Positions 31,760-42,415 of a stretch of 64,000 bases of DNA are shown piece by piece. Under the pieces are notes generated by a model. That model was not told the origin of the DNA and ran no database searches. It saw nothing but the letters and a program-made list of their open reading frames with translations. This DNA comes from Geopsychrobacteraceae bacterium (GTDB lineage: Bacteria > Desulfobacterota > Desulfuromonadia > Desulfuromonadales > Geopsychrobacteraceae). Every line of letters begins with the position of its first letter. Within the stretch, counting starts at the first letter, position 1. The stretch spans positions 4,096,001-4,160,000 of the forward strand of contig OY759353.1 in assembly GCA_963662315.1 (NCBI GenBank), in the 5' to 3' direction. A program made the translations under genes and the position numbers.

Positions 31760-32213
31760 GAGTAGATTTATTTGTAGCCTTTAAATAATTAAAATAATCC
31801 ATCCATGACGCAATAAATTTTCCGAGATGTCAAGACTGAAAAAATTAGAACCGACTTGTGTGTTGATCATACCCGCAGAGCGCTACGCTTACTCCTGTTT
31901 GCTAACGCAGCGTTTTGCGGGCAGATATCGGTTAACAGTTAGTGGACATGATAGGTAAATTCAAAGTTGCGTTTTACCCCATCCGCGAGCTTACTGCCGA
32001 CAGTGAAGGTGTATATGCCGGCTTTTTCAAGCTGTACATCGGCGTCCGGATTCCATCGTCGGGCTTCGCTTGCGAAGCGTTTAATTCCAAATTAAGAAAT
32101 GCCTGCTTTAACTGGGCTTGTGCACCTCTGAAGAACGAGATCAGGTCCGTTTCGACCTCGGCTTTAAGGCTCTTCAGGTATTCTTCCGCTTCCGGTAAGC
32201 CGCTTTGTCCGGT

Positions 32214-33464
32214 TCAGAAATCTATATGTTGTAGATTCTGCAACAGCTGATCTTCATTCCTAACCTGTTCAGCACCCTTTTCAAGGAGGGCTTCGATCTG
32301 CTTCCAGGCTTCTCCGCCGGTAAAGTCCTGGTCTTTGGCCGGGTCGATGAGCATGACTTTTTTACCGCGTGCCAATGCTTCGGCGGCCAGTTCCAGGCAG
32401 CGTGTATTGCCATGCCCCCACCAGATCGTGGCAATGATGACGATGTCTGCTTCATCAAGAGCCTGGCGGGTTTCCTTTAGTGCTCGGTCGGAAAAAGGCT
32501 GAAAGGGGACTTCATGAATCACCCGGGTACCCAGTGCGACGGCAACCTCTTCATCTGAGTCACCCTGATTAAGCGGACCGGTCGATATGGTGGCCGAGGC
32601 GTATTGCAGCTTGCGCAACAGGCTTTTGCCGCTGCCTCCTCCGCAGAACAGGTGGACCTTCAACCCGTCAAGTTGCACTGCAGAAGTGTTGATCTGGGGA
32701 ACTATCTGTGGTGTTCCGGTCAGGGGATTCTCCGCCACAGAGACACTGACCTTGAACACCTTTTGCAGGTTTTGCGGGGTCATGATGCGTTGCGGTGTGT
32801 CAAAACCGGCGACTTGACCGAGTCTGGTCAGCAGTAGAATCCGGTCGGAAATGGCACTGGCCAGGTCAAGGTCGTGGCTGATCTGGACGATAGTCGTACC
32901 CTGTTCGCGGTTCAGCCTGACCAGCAGTTCACTCAATTCCAGACGGTGATCAATATCCAGGTGACTGGTGGCTTCATCAAGGAAAAGGACGTCGGCCTGC
33001 TGGGCCAGGGCGCGCGCGAACAGTACCCGTTGCAGTTCCCCGCCGCTGAGCTGGGTCACGGGGCGTTCGGCCAGATCAAGGATATCAGCCACAACCAGCG
33101 CATGGCGAATGGCCTCGCGGTCGGTTTTCGAACTCCCCTCCAGTAGGGAACGGCGATGGGGGTAGCGCCCCATTGCCACCATTTCACTTACGCTGTAAGG
33201 AAAATCAATCTGGGTTGATTGCGGGACGACTGCGACCTTGGTCGCCATTTCGCGCGGCGGAATTGTGGAGACCTGTTTGCCGTGCCACAGGACGCGCCCG
33301 GTTTCAGGGGCCAGATTGCCACGTAATAAGCGCAGCAGGGTCGATTTGCCGCAGCCATTGGGGCCAAGGATCGAAATGATTTCACCCTTATTGAACTGTA
33401 AATTCAAATCATAAAACAGGCACTTCTGGGCATAGCAGAAATGCAACTGCTCGACCTTGATCAT
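32214..33464 (-). CDS. Cobalamin/Fe-siderophore ABC ATPase with C-terminal extension
   Basis: GPNGCGKST, LSGGELQR, LDEATSHLD; about 150-aa extra C-terminal domain. Confidence 0.88.
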   Translation of the reverse strand: MIKVEQLHFCYAQKCLFYDLNLQFNKGEIISILGPNGCGKSTLLRLLRGNLAPETGRVLWHGKQVSTIPPREMATKVAVVPQSTQIDFPYSVSEMVAMGRYPHRRSLLEGSSKTDREAIRHALVVADILDLAERPVTQLSGGELQRVLFARALAQQADVLFLDEATSHLDIDHRLELSELLVRLNREQGTTIVQISHDLDLASAISDRILLLTRLGQVAGFDTPQRIMTPQNLQKVFKVSVSVAENPLTGTPQIVPQINTSAVQLDGLKVHLFCGGGSGKSLLRKLQYASATISTGPLNQGDSDEEVAVALGTRVIHEVPFQPFSDRALKETRQALDEADIVIIATIWWGHGNTRCLELAAEALARGKKVMLIDPAKDQDFTGGEAWKQIEALLEKGAEQVRNEDQLLQNLQHIDF

Positions 33465-34501
33465 ATCCCCCCCTTACGGCGCAGCAAATAGAGGAAGAAG
33501 GGGGCGCCGAGCAGAGCTGTGACGACACCGACCGGGATTTCCGCCGGAGCATAAAAGCTGCGTGCCAGGGCATCGGCCAGGATCAGGAAGCTGCCACCGA
33601 ACAGGGCCGCAAGGGGGAGCAGGGTCCGATGCGCCGGCCCCCACAGTAAGCGGCAGATATGTGGTATCACCAGACCGACAAACCCGACCAGCCCGGCCAG
33701 GGCGACAGCGCAGGCGGTTAAGGCGCCAGCAAGAATAAACAGGATCAGGCGCGTGCGGCCGACGTTCAGCCCCAGATCCAGTGCCGTCTCCTCCCCTTGG
33801 GTGAGCAGGTCGAGAGGGATGGCCTGGCACCAGAGCAGGACAAAGCAGATGGCTACCCACAGCCAGCCCCAGGAGATCCAGCGTGGATCCGCAAGGGACA
33901 GATTGCCGGCCAACCAGAATATGGCCTGACGGGTTGCTTCGGTCGGGGCGCGCCAGATCAGAAACAGCAGCAGTGCGGCAGCCAGACTGCCAACCATCAC
34001 GCCGGATAAAATAAGGGTGTGGGACGAACAGGTGTGGGCGCGGGCGACCAGGTAAACCATGGCCAGGGCGACCAGGGCACCGATGAAGGCGGCGCAGGAA
34101 ACCAGCAGGGCAGAGTGAGCACCAAGGGTGAGTGCCGCAACCGCACCAAGGGCGGCTCCGCCGGAAACACCCAGCAGGTAAGGATCGGCAAGGGGATTGC
34201 GCAAAACGGCCTGAAAGGTGACACCGGACAGGCTTAACGCCGCGCCAACCATGGCGGCCAGAAAGATACGCGGCAGACGAATCTTCCAGATAACCGTGTC
34301 ACTGACACTGCTGCCAATCCCGTGACTCAGGGTGGCAAAAATATCGGTCAGCGGCAGGTTCATACTCCCGGCCTGCAGAGAATAGAGAACGGCTACCAGC
34401 GGAAAGAGAATCAGCAGAATGCGCCACAGCCATTTTTTATGGTTTTTTGCCAAGTGCATCAGTTGCCAGGTCCGGATGAAGGGTTTTTGCCAGGGCTTCA
34501 A
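33461..34501 (-). CDS. btuC: Cobalamin ABC permease (BtuC/FecCD family)
   Basis: IRLPRI, RNPLADPYLLGVSGGA, GFVGLVIPH, EIPVGVVT. Confidence 0.85.
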   Translation of the reverse strand: MKPWQKPFIRTWQLMHLAKNHKKWLWRILLILFPLVAVLYSLQAGSMNLPLTDIFATLSHGIGSSVSDTVIWKIRLPRIFLAAMVGAALSLSGVTFQAVLRNPLADPYLLGVSGGAALGAVAALTLGAHSALLVSCAAFIGALVALAMVYLVARAHTCSSHTLILSGVMVGSLAAALLLFLIWRAPTEATRQAIFWLAGNLSLADPRWISWGWLWVAICFVLLWCQAIPLDLLTQGEETALDLGLNVGRTRLILFILAGALTACAVALAGLVGFVGLVIPHICRLLWGPAHRTLLPLAALFGGSFLILADALARSFYAPAEIPVGVVTALLGAPFFLYLLRRKGGI

Positions 34502-35330
34502 TACCGAGGATCATACGTGGTCCGGGGCGGTAAAGCCAGTCGGCATTGATTTCTATGATCTGATTTCTGGCGACCGCGGTCAGCTGCGGCCATGGTGCAA
34601 AAAAGCTGGTCGTGCTCGGTTGACCGGGATGAGGAGAGAGAAGGATAAAATCAGGGTTGGCCTCCAGCAATGCTTCAAAATTCCAGGTTGGGTAGCGGGA
34701 CGGCCCATCGTCCACAACATTGCGGCCCCCGGCTATCTTGATAATACTGTTGACGAAGGTATTGGGGCCGGCCACCATCAGGGGTTGCAGCACAATTGCC
34801 GCCAGTACCGTGACCGGTTCCTGCTTGCTGGTCACCTGCTTCACCCGGGCAATCCGGGATTCAATATCGTTGCAGAGCTGTTCGGCCTGTTGCTCATGGC
34901 GACTCAGTTGCCCCAGAGTCGATATCGTGGTCAACGTCTCCTCGACCGACAGAGCGTTCATGACATAGACGGCGATGCCGAGCTTTTCCAGCTGGTGGAT
35001 CAGGTTGGGACTGTTCATCGATGCGGTGGCAATAACAAGGTCGGGCTGATAGCTGAGAATGTTTTCCAGGCCCGGGTCAGCATAGCTGCCAACGCTGGGG
35101 AGTGATTTTGCCTGTTCCGGGTAAGAGGAATAGTCGGTGACGGCAACCAGCAGGTTACCGGCGTCAATGGCAAACAGAATCTCTGTGACACTGGGGGCCA
35201 GGGAAATGATCCGCTGCGGATGGTCCGGAACCTCGACCTGGCGGTGAAGTTCATCGGTAAAGGTTGCTGCACTCAGTGGCATGGCACTGGTGAGGAGTAG
35301 CAGGAGTATAGGCAGCAGGGATTTTAACAT
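34437..35330 (-). CDS. btuF: Cobalamin ABC substrate-binding protein
   Basis: PQRIISLAPSVTEILFA, RPGPR. Confidence 0.85.
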   Translation of the reverse strand: MLKSLLPILLLLLTSAMPLSAATFTDELHRQVEVPDHPQRIISLAPSVTEILFAIDAGNLLVAVTDYSSYPEQAKSLPSVGSYADPGLENILSYQPDLVIATASMNSPNLIHQLEKLGIAVYVMNALSVEETLTTISTLGQLSRHEQQAEQLCNDIESRIARVKQVTSKQEPVTVLAAIVLQPLMVAGPNTFVNSIIKIAGGRNVVDDGPSRYPTWNFEALLEANPDFILLSPHPGQPSTTSFFAPWPQLTAVARNQIIEINADWLYRPGPRMILGIEALAKTLHPDLATDALGKKP

Positions 35331-35380
35331 TTCATTTGTCCATAGCCCGGGCCAATGGCCCGGGCAGATATGGGTGAGGG

Positions 35381-37204
35381 TCAGAAGCTGGCTTTCAGGC
35401 CAAGGTAGGCGGAAGCTCCAGCAGTACCATAACCGGCAACTTCTTCATATTGCTTGTCAAATAGATTGTCAACCCGACCATAGATCTTCAGATTTTCAAT
35501 AATCTGCCAGGATGCAGCCAGATTGACAAGCGTGTAGCCACCCAGGGTCTCATCAGAGTAAGAGCCATCATAACGTTCCCCAACGTAAAGAATACCAACA
35601 TTTACCTGAACGTTGTCAATGGGGTACATATTTACGTCCAGCGATCCTTTGTGCAGGGGAATCCGTGCTTTGCGCGCGCCACTTCCGTCTGCCGTATCCG
35701 TATAGGTGTAGGCGAGCTTCACGTCAACATAGTCACATGGATACCAATCTGCAGAGGTTTCAACCCCTTCGGTTGTCAGTTCTTCAATATTGTAGTACTG
35801 CGATGCCGCAAAGCTGTAGTCAATATAATCGTCAATCTTATTATGGAACCAGGTGATGCCAAGGATCAGGCTGCGGTCCAGAAACTCCTGTTCAATGCCA
35901 ACGTCAACGCTGGTGCTGGTTTCAGGGTCAAGCTCTGTATTTCCATAGTAGGAATAGAGTTGGTAGAGAGACGGAGCTTTGAATCCAGTGGCCAGAGAAG
36001 CTTTTAATTTAGTTCCTGACGTCTTGAAATTATAGGTCGGAGCGACTCTCCAGGTTGTCTCCGTTCCAAATTCTTCGTGGTTATCCATGCGGATACCAAG
36101 AGCGATGGCAAAATCATCAATGATAAGCTGATTCTGAACGAATGCGGCTCGGTTCCGAACCTCACCTGCATCGCCATAGCTGGTATCGTATTCTTCTTTT
36201 TCTGTTTCAAGACCGACAACCAATGTATTGTTCTGATTCAGCTTAATGGTGTTTTGCAGATCAATTTTGGTGACTTTACCGTTGTACTCATAATTGTCAT
36301 AGGTTCCGCTGGTGGTATGATTTGAATCCGTGACAGACGCTCCAATAATGACTTTCCAGCGGCCATCCAGTAACGAGAAAACACCTTCGCTCCGACCTGC
36401 GACCTCGAAAGAATCTGTCACTGCGTCAGTATCAGCCATCATCCATGAACTGTCGTATGAGTCAAATTCCGTTTCAGCATCCGCGATCCTTAAGTTCATG
36501 TTTAGGGTGAAGATCTTGCTTAAGTCAACACCAAGGTTCAAACCGATATTGGTGCTCTTATAACCATCCTTTTCAGAGAAGCCATCCTTTTCATTGTAAG
36601 AGGAAAAGCCGTCTGTGTTGATATGAGAGTAGGAAAAAGACGCACGGGTCGTATCGCTGCCCCCGGAAATGCCGGCTGTTGTTTCAGTCGTTTGATAGGC
36701 GCCCTTTTCAATGGAGGCATAACCGTGCGGTTCACTGGAACCCTTCTTGGTAATGATGTTGATGACACCACCAATAGCGTCTGAGCCGTAGATGACGCTT
36801 TGAGCGCCACGGACAATTTCAATGCGTTCAATATTATCGGTGCTGATGTTGGCCAGGTTTGCGCCACCGCCGGTGCTTGATGCATCTCGGAATTCAATAC
36901 CATCCAAAAGAATCAGGGTATGCTTGGTATCTGTGCCACGCTGATAAATGCTCACCGAGCTTCCCATGCCACCGTTCTGGGCAATGCTGATTCCTGGCGC
37001 ACTCCGTAACACATCGATAACTTTGCTCTGTTGTTTCTTTTCTATCTCTTCTGCGGTAATGATTGTGACCGAGCTGCCGATTTGACTCAGCGGAGTTTCG
37101 GTTCGGGTCGCCGTAACCACCACCGGATCCATAACGATGGGTTCGGCTTGAACGCTACTTGTCAGCGCCAGAACCGCAGACAGGGCCATGATGAATTTTT
37201 GCAT
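35381..37204 (-). CDS. btuB: TonB-dependent vitamin B12 receptor
   Basis: Start MQKFIM after AGGAGG RBS (the ORF track over-extends into the riboswitch); VVVTATR, IERIEIVRGAQS..YGSDAIGGVINI, C-terminal F; B12 riboswitch upstream. Confidence 0.88.
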   Translation of the reverse strand: MQKFIMALSAVLALTSSVQAEPIVMDPVVVTATRTETPLSQIGSSVTIITAEEIEKKQQSKVIDVLRSAPGISIAQNGGMGSSVSIYQRGTDTKHTLILLDGIEFRDASSTGGGANLANISTDNIERIEIVRGAQSVIYGSDAIGGVINIITKKGSSEPHGYASIEKGAYQTTETTAGISGGSDTTRASFSYSHINTDGFSSYNEKDGFSEKDGYKSTNIGLNLGVDLSKIFTLNMNLRIADAETEFDSYDSSWMMADTDAVTDSFEVAGRSEGVFSLLDGRWKVIIGASVTDSNHTTSGTYDNYEYNGKVTKIDLQNTIKLNQNNTLVVGLETEKEEYDTSYGDAGEVRNRAAFVQNQLIIDDFAIALGIRMDNHEEFGTETTWRVAPTYNFKTSGTKLKASLATGFKAPSLYQLYSYYGNTELDPETSTSVDVGIEQEFLDRSLILGITWFHNKIDDYIDYSFAASQYYNIEELTTEGVETSADWYPCDYVDVKLAYTYTDTADGSGARKARIPLHKGSLDVNMYPIDNVQVNVGILYVGERYDGSYSDETLGGYTLVNLAASWQIIENLKIYGRVDNLFDKQYEEVAGYGTAGASAYLGLKASF

Positions 37205-37257
37205 TGGAATGATTCCTCCTGAAAGTCTGTCCCCCGGAAGCTGGCGTCTGTGGTCGA

Positions 37258-37302
37258 TGAAAAATAAAAAACCCGCTACCAATGATGACTTGGTGCGGGT
37301 TG
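37258..37302 (-). terminator. Leader terminator, probable riboswitch expression platform
   Basis: ACCCGC-ACCAA..TTGGT-A-GCGGGT-TTTTTATTTT on the minus strand. Confidence 0.65.
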
Positions 37303-37367
37303 TCCGTTTTAAATAACCACACGATGTCCACGCTCCCATACCCGGGGAGATGAAAGATCTTAGTGTT

Positions 37368-37550
37368 TCATGACAGGTCTTCTGGCTCACGAGGTTTCGA
37401 CAGGCCATCGAAGGATCAGACGCCTTCCCGGTTTTGAAGTTCCAGTGGCATGTTGTCTGGCTTGACTCGTTTACAGCGGCGGGTCCGCGGAGGCTTTGCA
37501 CCTCACTTCCCATCTGCTCAGCAGGAGCAGGCCAAAGAACCACTAAGGTT
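37368..37550 (-). ncRNA. Cobalamin riboswitch
   Basis: Minus strand GGGAA, GGTGCAAAGCC, CCCGCCGCTGTAA, GCCACTG..GGGAAGGC, B12 box AGCCAGAAGACCTG; directly upstream of btuB. Confidence 0.92.
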
Positions 37551-37755
37551 CGGTGCGGCATCATTGAAACAGTATTAAATTGTAGTGTGCTTATAGGCAA
37601 TCGGAACGGTGATGTCAAGATAATTGAAAGGGGTGATTTTTAAGGTTTTTGTATGACTAAACAGTTCTCAAGACGGGTAAAACGTGTTACCAATATTCTC
37701 CCGATGCTTGTGTCTTATATGTCGAAAGTGAAACGACCAAAAAGGATGACCAAAG

Positions 37756-39084
37756 ATGAATTTCTCTAAAGTCGGTCTTCAGGTACCGAAAATTCTTTTA
37801 CCCAATAAACATATCGTCATACAGAACTGGGCAGTGATTGCCTGCGATCAATATACATCTGATCGCGCCTACTGGCAGCGCCTGGCCGATCAGCTGGCTG
37901 GCCAGCCATCAACCCTCAATATGATTTTTCCGGAAGTCTATCTGGAAGACAACAATGCTGAACAGCGCATCGCCGACATCAATAAGACCATGGAACAGTA
38001 TCTGGCTGATGGCAGCCTGGTCGAGCAGGACAACGCTTTTATCCTGATTGACCGGAAAACCTCGGAAGTGCCGTCACGTAAAGGGCTGATCGTAGCCCTG
38101 GACCTGGAGCAGTATGATTACAACAAAGGCGCGCAAAGCCTGATTCGTGCCACCGAAGGAACCATCCTTGACCGTCTTCCGCCCCGCATCAAGGTGCGTC
38201 AGAACGCACCCATTGAGCTGCCGCATATCATGGTGCTGATTGATGACCCTGAACGAACCGTTATTGAACCGCTGTTCCAGGAACAGCTGGAAAGCGTTTA
38301 CGATTTTGAACTGCTCGCTGGTGGTGGTCATGTGAAAGGTTACCGCGTTGATCAGCCCGCACTGATTGAACAGGTGGTTGGCGCGCTGGAAAAACTTGCA
38401 GAGCCTGCTGCCTATCATCAGCGTTATGACTGCAATGATGACGTGATGCTCTATGCCATGGGGGATGGCAATCATTCCTTTGCAACGGCGAAAGCGATCT
38501 GGGAAAAGCTCAAGGCTGAGGCTGCCGATCCGCGGGATGTTATGGAACATCCGGCTCGTTGTGCCTTGGTTGAGCTGATTAACCTGCATGATGCCGGCCT
38601 TGAGTTTGAAGCGATTCACCGGGTGCTGTTCAACGTTGATGCGATAGCTTTGCAGCAGGAAATGGCCGATTTTTTCGCGGCCCAGGGGACACCGGTAACC
38701 ATGCATCCCTGTTCCGATCTGTCCAGTGCCGAAGTTTTGGCAAAAACATTGGCCGGGCATGTTTTTGTCGCGGTGTTTGCGGGGAGTTTCTGCGTCTGCC
38801 AGATCGCCGATCCCAAGCTGACCCTGGCGGTTGCCAGCTTGCAGGAGTTTCTTGACGACTACCTGGCACAGCATGCCGCTGTAAAAGTTGACTATATTCA
38901 TGGTACGATCCCTGTCACCGAGCTGGGTAGTCGCGCGGACGGGGCCGGTTTTTACCTGCCCTCCATTGCCAAGAATGACCTGTTTCGCACCATTGTCCAT
39001 GACGGGGCTTTGCCACGCAAAACCTTCTCCATGGGCGAGGCGGATGAGAAACGCTTCTATCTGGAATGCAGAAAGATTCGCTAG
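37756..39084 (+). CDS. DUF1015 family protein
   Basis: WAVIACDQYTS, IRATEGT, ELPHIMVLIDD, GDGNHS, GALPRKTFSMG. Confidence 0.85.
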   Translation: MNFSKVGLQVPKILLPNKHIVIQNWAVIACDQYTSDRAYWQRLADQLAGQPSTLNMIFPEVYLEDNNAEQRIADINKTMEQYLADGSLVEQDNAFILIDRKTSEVPSRKGLIVALDLEQYDYNKGAQSLIRATEGTILDRLPPRIKVRQNAPIELPHIMVLIDDPERTVIEPLFQEQLESVYDFELLAGGGHVKGYRVDQPALIEQVVGALEKLAEPAAYHQRYDCNDDVMLYAMGDGNHSFATAKAIWEKLKAEAADPRDVMEHPARCALVELINLHDAGLEFEAIHRVLFNVDAIALQQEMADFFAAQGTPVTMHPCSDLSSAEVLAKTLAGHVFVAVFAGSFCVCQIADPKLTLAVASLQEFLDDYLAQHAAVKVDYIHGTIPVTELGSRADGAGFYLPSIAKNDLFRTIVHDGALPRKTFSMGEADEKRFYLECRKIR

Positions 39085-39141
39085 GAAACGGCCCTTTTCC
39101 GCAATCACTGCGTCACCTTGAGAAAAATTTTCTAAATAATA

Positions 39142-39243
39142 CCCTCTCCTTGGGGAGAGGGTGGTGCGAAGCGTCGGGTGAGGGGAAAATGCTTGCAGTC
39201 CCCCTCATCCGCCCGATGGGCACCTTCTCCCTCGGGGAGAAGG
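39142..39243. repeat. REP-like inverted dyad
   Basis: CCCTCTCC-TTGG-GGAGAGGG ... CCTTCTCCC-TC-GGGGAGAAGG with internal GGGTGAGGGG/CCCCTCATCC pairing. Confidence 0.7.
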
Positions 39244-39276
39244 AACGGAGTGAATCAGAGCCTGGAGTTACGACCT

Positions 39277-39879
39277 ATGCCCGCAATTGATGCTGTTGTT
39301 TTTGACCTTGGAAAAGTCCTGATCGACTATAGTTATGATGGCTTTTTCAAACTGCTCAATAGCCGGGGTGGCAGCTTTGCTTCGGAAGCAGACTTTGTTT
39401 CAAAAGTTGATCTGCTTGCCTATGAACATGGTCACTATTCAGATGCTGAATTTCTGCGGCGGATCAATGCCTGTTTAGCGAACCCCTTGCCAGAAGAGAC
39501 CCTGGTTGCCGCCTGGAAAGATTTGTTTACCCCGGTACAACCGATGCTTGCCCTGGCAAAAGAACTGAAGCAGCGCTGTCGCGTTTATCTGTTATCGAAT
39601 ACCAGCGCGATTCATTGGGCGTATCTGCAGGAAACATACAGTTTAGCGCAGGTGTGTCACGACCTGTTTGCCTCGTTTCAGGTCGGCCGCATGAAGCCGG
39701 CTGCGGAGATTTTTGCCATTGCCGAACAGCGCTTTGGACTGGGGCCGCAGCGAACGTTGTTTATTGATGACAGACAGGAAAATGTGGCCGGTGCCATCGC
39801 CTGTGGTTGGCAGGGATTGTGGCATCGTGACTTTTCTGAGACCCGTCAGGTTGTGCTGCAACTTGTCGGGAAATGCTAA
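39277..39879 (+). CDS. HAD-family phosphatase (YihX-like)
   Basis: VVFDLGKVL, LLSNT, KP..IF, FIDD..ENV. Confidence 0.88.
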   Translation: MPAIDAVVFDLGKVLIDYSYDGFFKLLNSRGGSFASEADFVSKVDLLAYEHGHYSDAEFLRRINACLANPLPEETLVAAWKDLFTPVQPMLALAKELKQRCRVYLLSNTSAIHWAYLQETYSLAQVCHDLFASFQVGRMKPAAEIFAIAEQRFGLGPQRTLFIDDRQENVAGAIACGWQGLWHRDFSETRQVVLQLVGKC

Positions 39880-39935
39880 TGCTGGCCGGGGCTACTCTTA
39901 TTGCCCCTATAACTGGTTTGATGGTTGGTTGATCT

Positions 39936-41561
39936 ATGAACATGAACGCCTTTTATCTGCTGGTTGATCGTTATCTACCGCGGCGCCTGCAAAGCAAGTT
40001 GAGTCTGCTGGTAACCGCTCTGCTGATTTTTCATATCAGTTTGATCGGAGCCCTGTTTTCTGATCTTTCCGAAGAACTGTTGCGGGAACAAATTTCCCAG
40101 CGAGCACTTGAAGTCGCTCATGCCGTAGCCGAAAACCCGCTGACCCGGGCCGGGATCATGGCCCGCGATACCGATTCCCTGCAGCGTTTCACCCAAGACC
40201 TGCTCAGCAAAACCGAAGCTGAATATATAGTCGTTGGCGATCGTGACGAGATCCGTCTGTCCCACCCCAATCCGGATAATATCGGCCGCCATTTTGTCGG
40301 AGGGGATCTTGGACCCGCCCTGCGTGAAGGGAAGGAGTACAGTTCCGAAGCGATCGGTACCCTGGGGCCTTCCATGCGTGGTATCGTTCCCGTTTACGAC
40401 TGGAACAATACCATTATCGGGTTTGTCGCCGTTGGCTATATGACCAACCATATCAACGAAATCATTCATCAGAAACAGCGTGAAATATTAGGCTATATTG
40501 CCGTTGTTCTGGGCTTTGGTGTCATCGGGGCCACCATTATTGCCCGCGGGCTCAAGGCCGCGATCATGGGACTCGAAATTCACGAAATAGGGGCACTATT
40601 TCTTGAACGTAACGCCATTATCGGAGCGATTCGTGAAGGAATTGTCGCCGTTGACGGCAAGGGGTGTCTGACCTATGTCAACCAGGCGGCGCGCGGCTAT
40701 ATTGGCGAGCGCTTTGAGGGGAAGTTACGTGGGCGTGCCCTGGCTGAAATCTGCCCCGGATCCGATCTGGTCCGGGCGATTCAGGCTGGCCTGCGGGTCC
40801 TTGATGCCGAGATGATCATGGCCGGAAAAGTGATGTTGGTGAACGTTGTTCCCCTTGAAAAGCCTTCAGAAGGGAGTGTCGCCAGTTTCCGCCCCAAGGA
40901 TGAGCTTGATCGGCTGACCCGGGAACTGTCACATATGCAGGAATATTCGGAATTATTACGTGCTCAGACCCATGAATATTCCAACAAAATGCATACCATT
41001 GCCGGCCTCCTTCAGCTTGGCGCGCATCAGGAAGCCCTCGACCTGGTCATCAACGAAGCCAGTGGTTACCAGGAACTGGTTCGCAACCTGGCCGATGCAG
41101 TTCCTGATCCGGTGATTGCCGGGTTGATTCTAGGCAAGTACAACCGTGCCTGCGAATTGAAAATAGACCTTGAATTTGACCCGGAAAACTCCTTTTCGGA
41201 TCTTCCGGCCGCACTTAATCGCGAAACTCTGGTCACGATTCTCGGCAACCTGCTTGATAACGCCTTTGACTCCGTTCGTGAAAAGGGTCCGTCCGGACTG
41301 GTCAGGTTGTTTCTGACCGACCTCGGCTCCGACCTGGTCATGGAGGTTGAAGATTCTGGTGGCGGAATCGCCGCCGAGATTGCCGACCGGTTGTTTGAAA
41401 ATGGAGTGACCACCAAAAAGGGGAGCGGGCGAGGGACCGGGCTGGCGTTGGTCAAACGCGCCGTTGATAGTTTGCAGGGGCAAATTACTTTTGCCGAAGG
41501 AGAGCTGGGGGGCGCTCTGTTTACCGTCATCATTCCAAAAAGAACAGGGCCATCAACATGA
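39936..41561 (+). CDS. CitA/DcuS-family sensor histidine kinase
   Basis: sCache RLSHP..IG..GGD, GTLGPSMRG, LRAQTHEYSNKMHTI, GNLLDNAFD, GTGLALV. Confidence 0.92.
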   Translation: MNMNAFYLLVDRYLPRRLQSKLSLLVTALLIFHISLIGALFSDLSEELLREQISQRALEVAHAVAENPLTRAGIMARDTDSLQRFTQDLLSKTEAEYIVVGDRDEIRLSHPNPDNIGRHFVGGDLGPALREGKEYSSEAIGTLGPSMRGIVPVYDWNNTIIGFVAVGYMTNHINEIIHQKQREILGYIAVVLGFGVIGATIIARGLKAAIMGLEIHEIGALFLERNAIIGAIREGIVAVDGKGCLTYVNQAARGYIGERFEGKLRGRALAEICPGSDLVRAIQAGLRVLDAEMIMAGKVMLVNVVPLEKPSEGSVASFRPKDELDRLTRELSHMQEYSELLRAQTHEYSNKMHTIAGLLQLGAHQEALDLVINEASGYQELVRNLADAVPDPVIAGLILGKYNRACELKIDLEFDPENSFSDLPAALNRETLVTILGNLLDNAFDSVREKGPSGLVRLFLTDLGSDLVMEVEDSGGGIAAEIADRLFENGVTTKKGSGRGTGLALVKRAVDSLQGQITFAEGELGGALFTVIIPKRTGPST

Positions 41562-42253
41562 ATGAAAATATAATCCGCATCCTTGTGGTCGAAGATGATC
41601 AGCGTATTTCCGAACTCCATCAGCGCTTTGTCCAGAAAATACCCGGCTTTGAAGTTGTCGGGATCGCCAACACAATCGCCGATGCTGAAGAGATGATCGA
41701 CATTCTGCAACCGGATCTGATTCTGCTTGATCTGTTTTTTCCCGAAGGGAACGGTCTGGAACTATTACGCCAGGTGCGGGCCGGTGAGCAGCCCTGTGAC
41801 GTTATCCTGATCACCGCCGCCCGTGAAATCGCCTCGTTGCAGGAAGCCATGCGTGGTGGAGTGTTTGATTACATTATCAAGCCGGTTCATTTTCCCCGCT
41901 TTCAAGAAGCGCTGCAGAACTTTCAGACCTATTTTGCGCATCTTCAGCAGGGTATAACCCTTGAACAGAAAGATGTCGACCGCCTGCTGCGCGCTCAGCA
42001 GGGCGGCGAACCAACCACCAGCGGCGCCATCCCCAAAGGGATCGACCCCTTAACCCTGGCCAAAGTGCGCAAGGTTTTTGAGCGACCCGAGGTCAAAGAT
42101 ATCAACGCCGAAGAAGTCGGCCAGCAGGTTGGCATCAGCCGCTCCACCGCCCGCCGTTATCTGGAATTTCTCGTCACCGAAGGGTTCCTCAAAACCGATC
42201 TTATCTACGGCGTTGTCGGGCGTCCCGAACGGCGCTACTTACGGCAACTGTAA
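41558..42253 (+). CDS. CitB/DcuR-family response regulator
   Basis: REC; PKGIDPLTL, GISRSTARRYLEFL, YGVVGRPER. Confidence 0.92.
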   Translation: MNENIIRILVVEDDQRISELHQRFVQKIPGFEVVGIANTIADAEEMIDILQPDLILLDLFFPEGNGLELLRQVRAGEQPCDVILITAAREIASLQEAMRGGVFDYIIKPVHFPRFQEALQNFQTYFAHLQQGITLEQKDVDRLLRAQQGGEPTTSGAIPKGIDPLTLAKVRKVFERPEVKDINAEEVGQQVGISRSTARRYLEFLVTEGFLKTDLIYGVVGRPERRYLRQL

Positions 42254-42344
42254 CTGCTCGTCAGATAAATGTTGGAACCGTAGAGTATTATCCCCCTGTA
42301 GAGATCTGATTGCTATTTCAAAAATCACCGTGGCGCACACGCCA

Positions 42345-42415
42345 ATCTGAAATTTGAAATTTCAAATCTGAAATCACAATTGCGCCAAAACGCAATTGTG
42401 GAGGGGGAAATCATG
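42345..42415 (+). repeat. Heptad-repeat/hairpin/RBS leader module, copy A
   Basis: 63/71 identical without gaps to 51196-51266; ends at the effector ATG (42413-42415). Confidence 0.9.

Noticed and set aside
31860..32213. Hairpin plus minus-strand coding-like fragments (..AGIYTFTVGSKLADGVKRNFEFTYHVH*)
   Set aside because: No start codon and frames are broken, so probably gene debris with a terminator-like hairpin; attC boxes are not convincing.
37205..37618. 138-aa N-terminal extension of btuB in the ORF track
   Set aside because: Overlaps the B12 riboswitch and leader terminator; the RBS and signal peptide place the start at 37204.
38074..39108. 344-aa minus-strand ORF (likewise 62406-63380 and 48484-49206)
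   Set aside because: Antisense shadows of well-supported genes, with no recognisable motifs.
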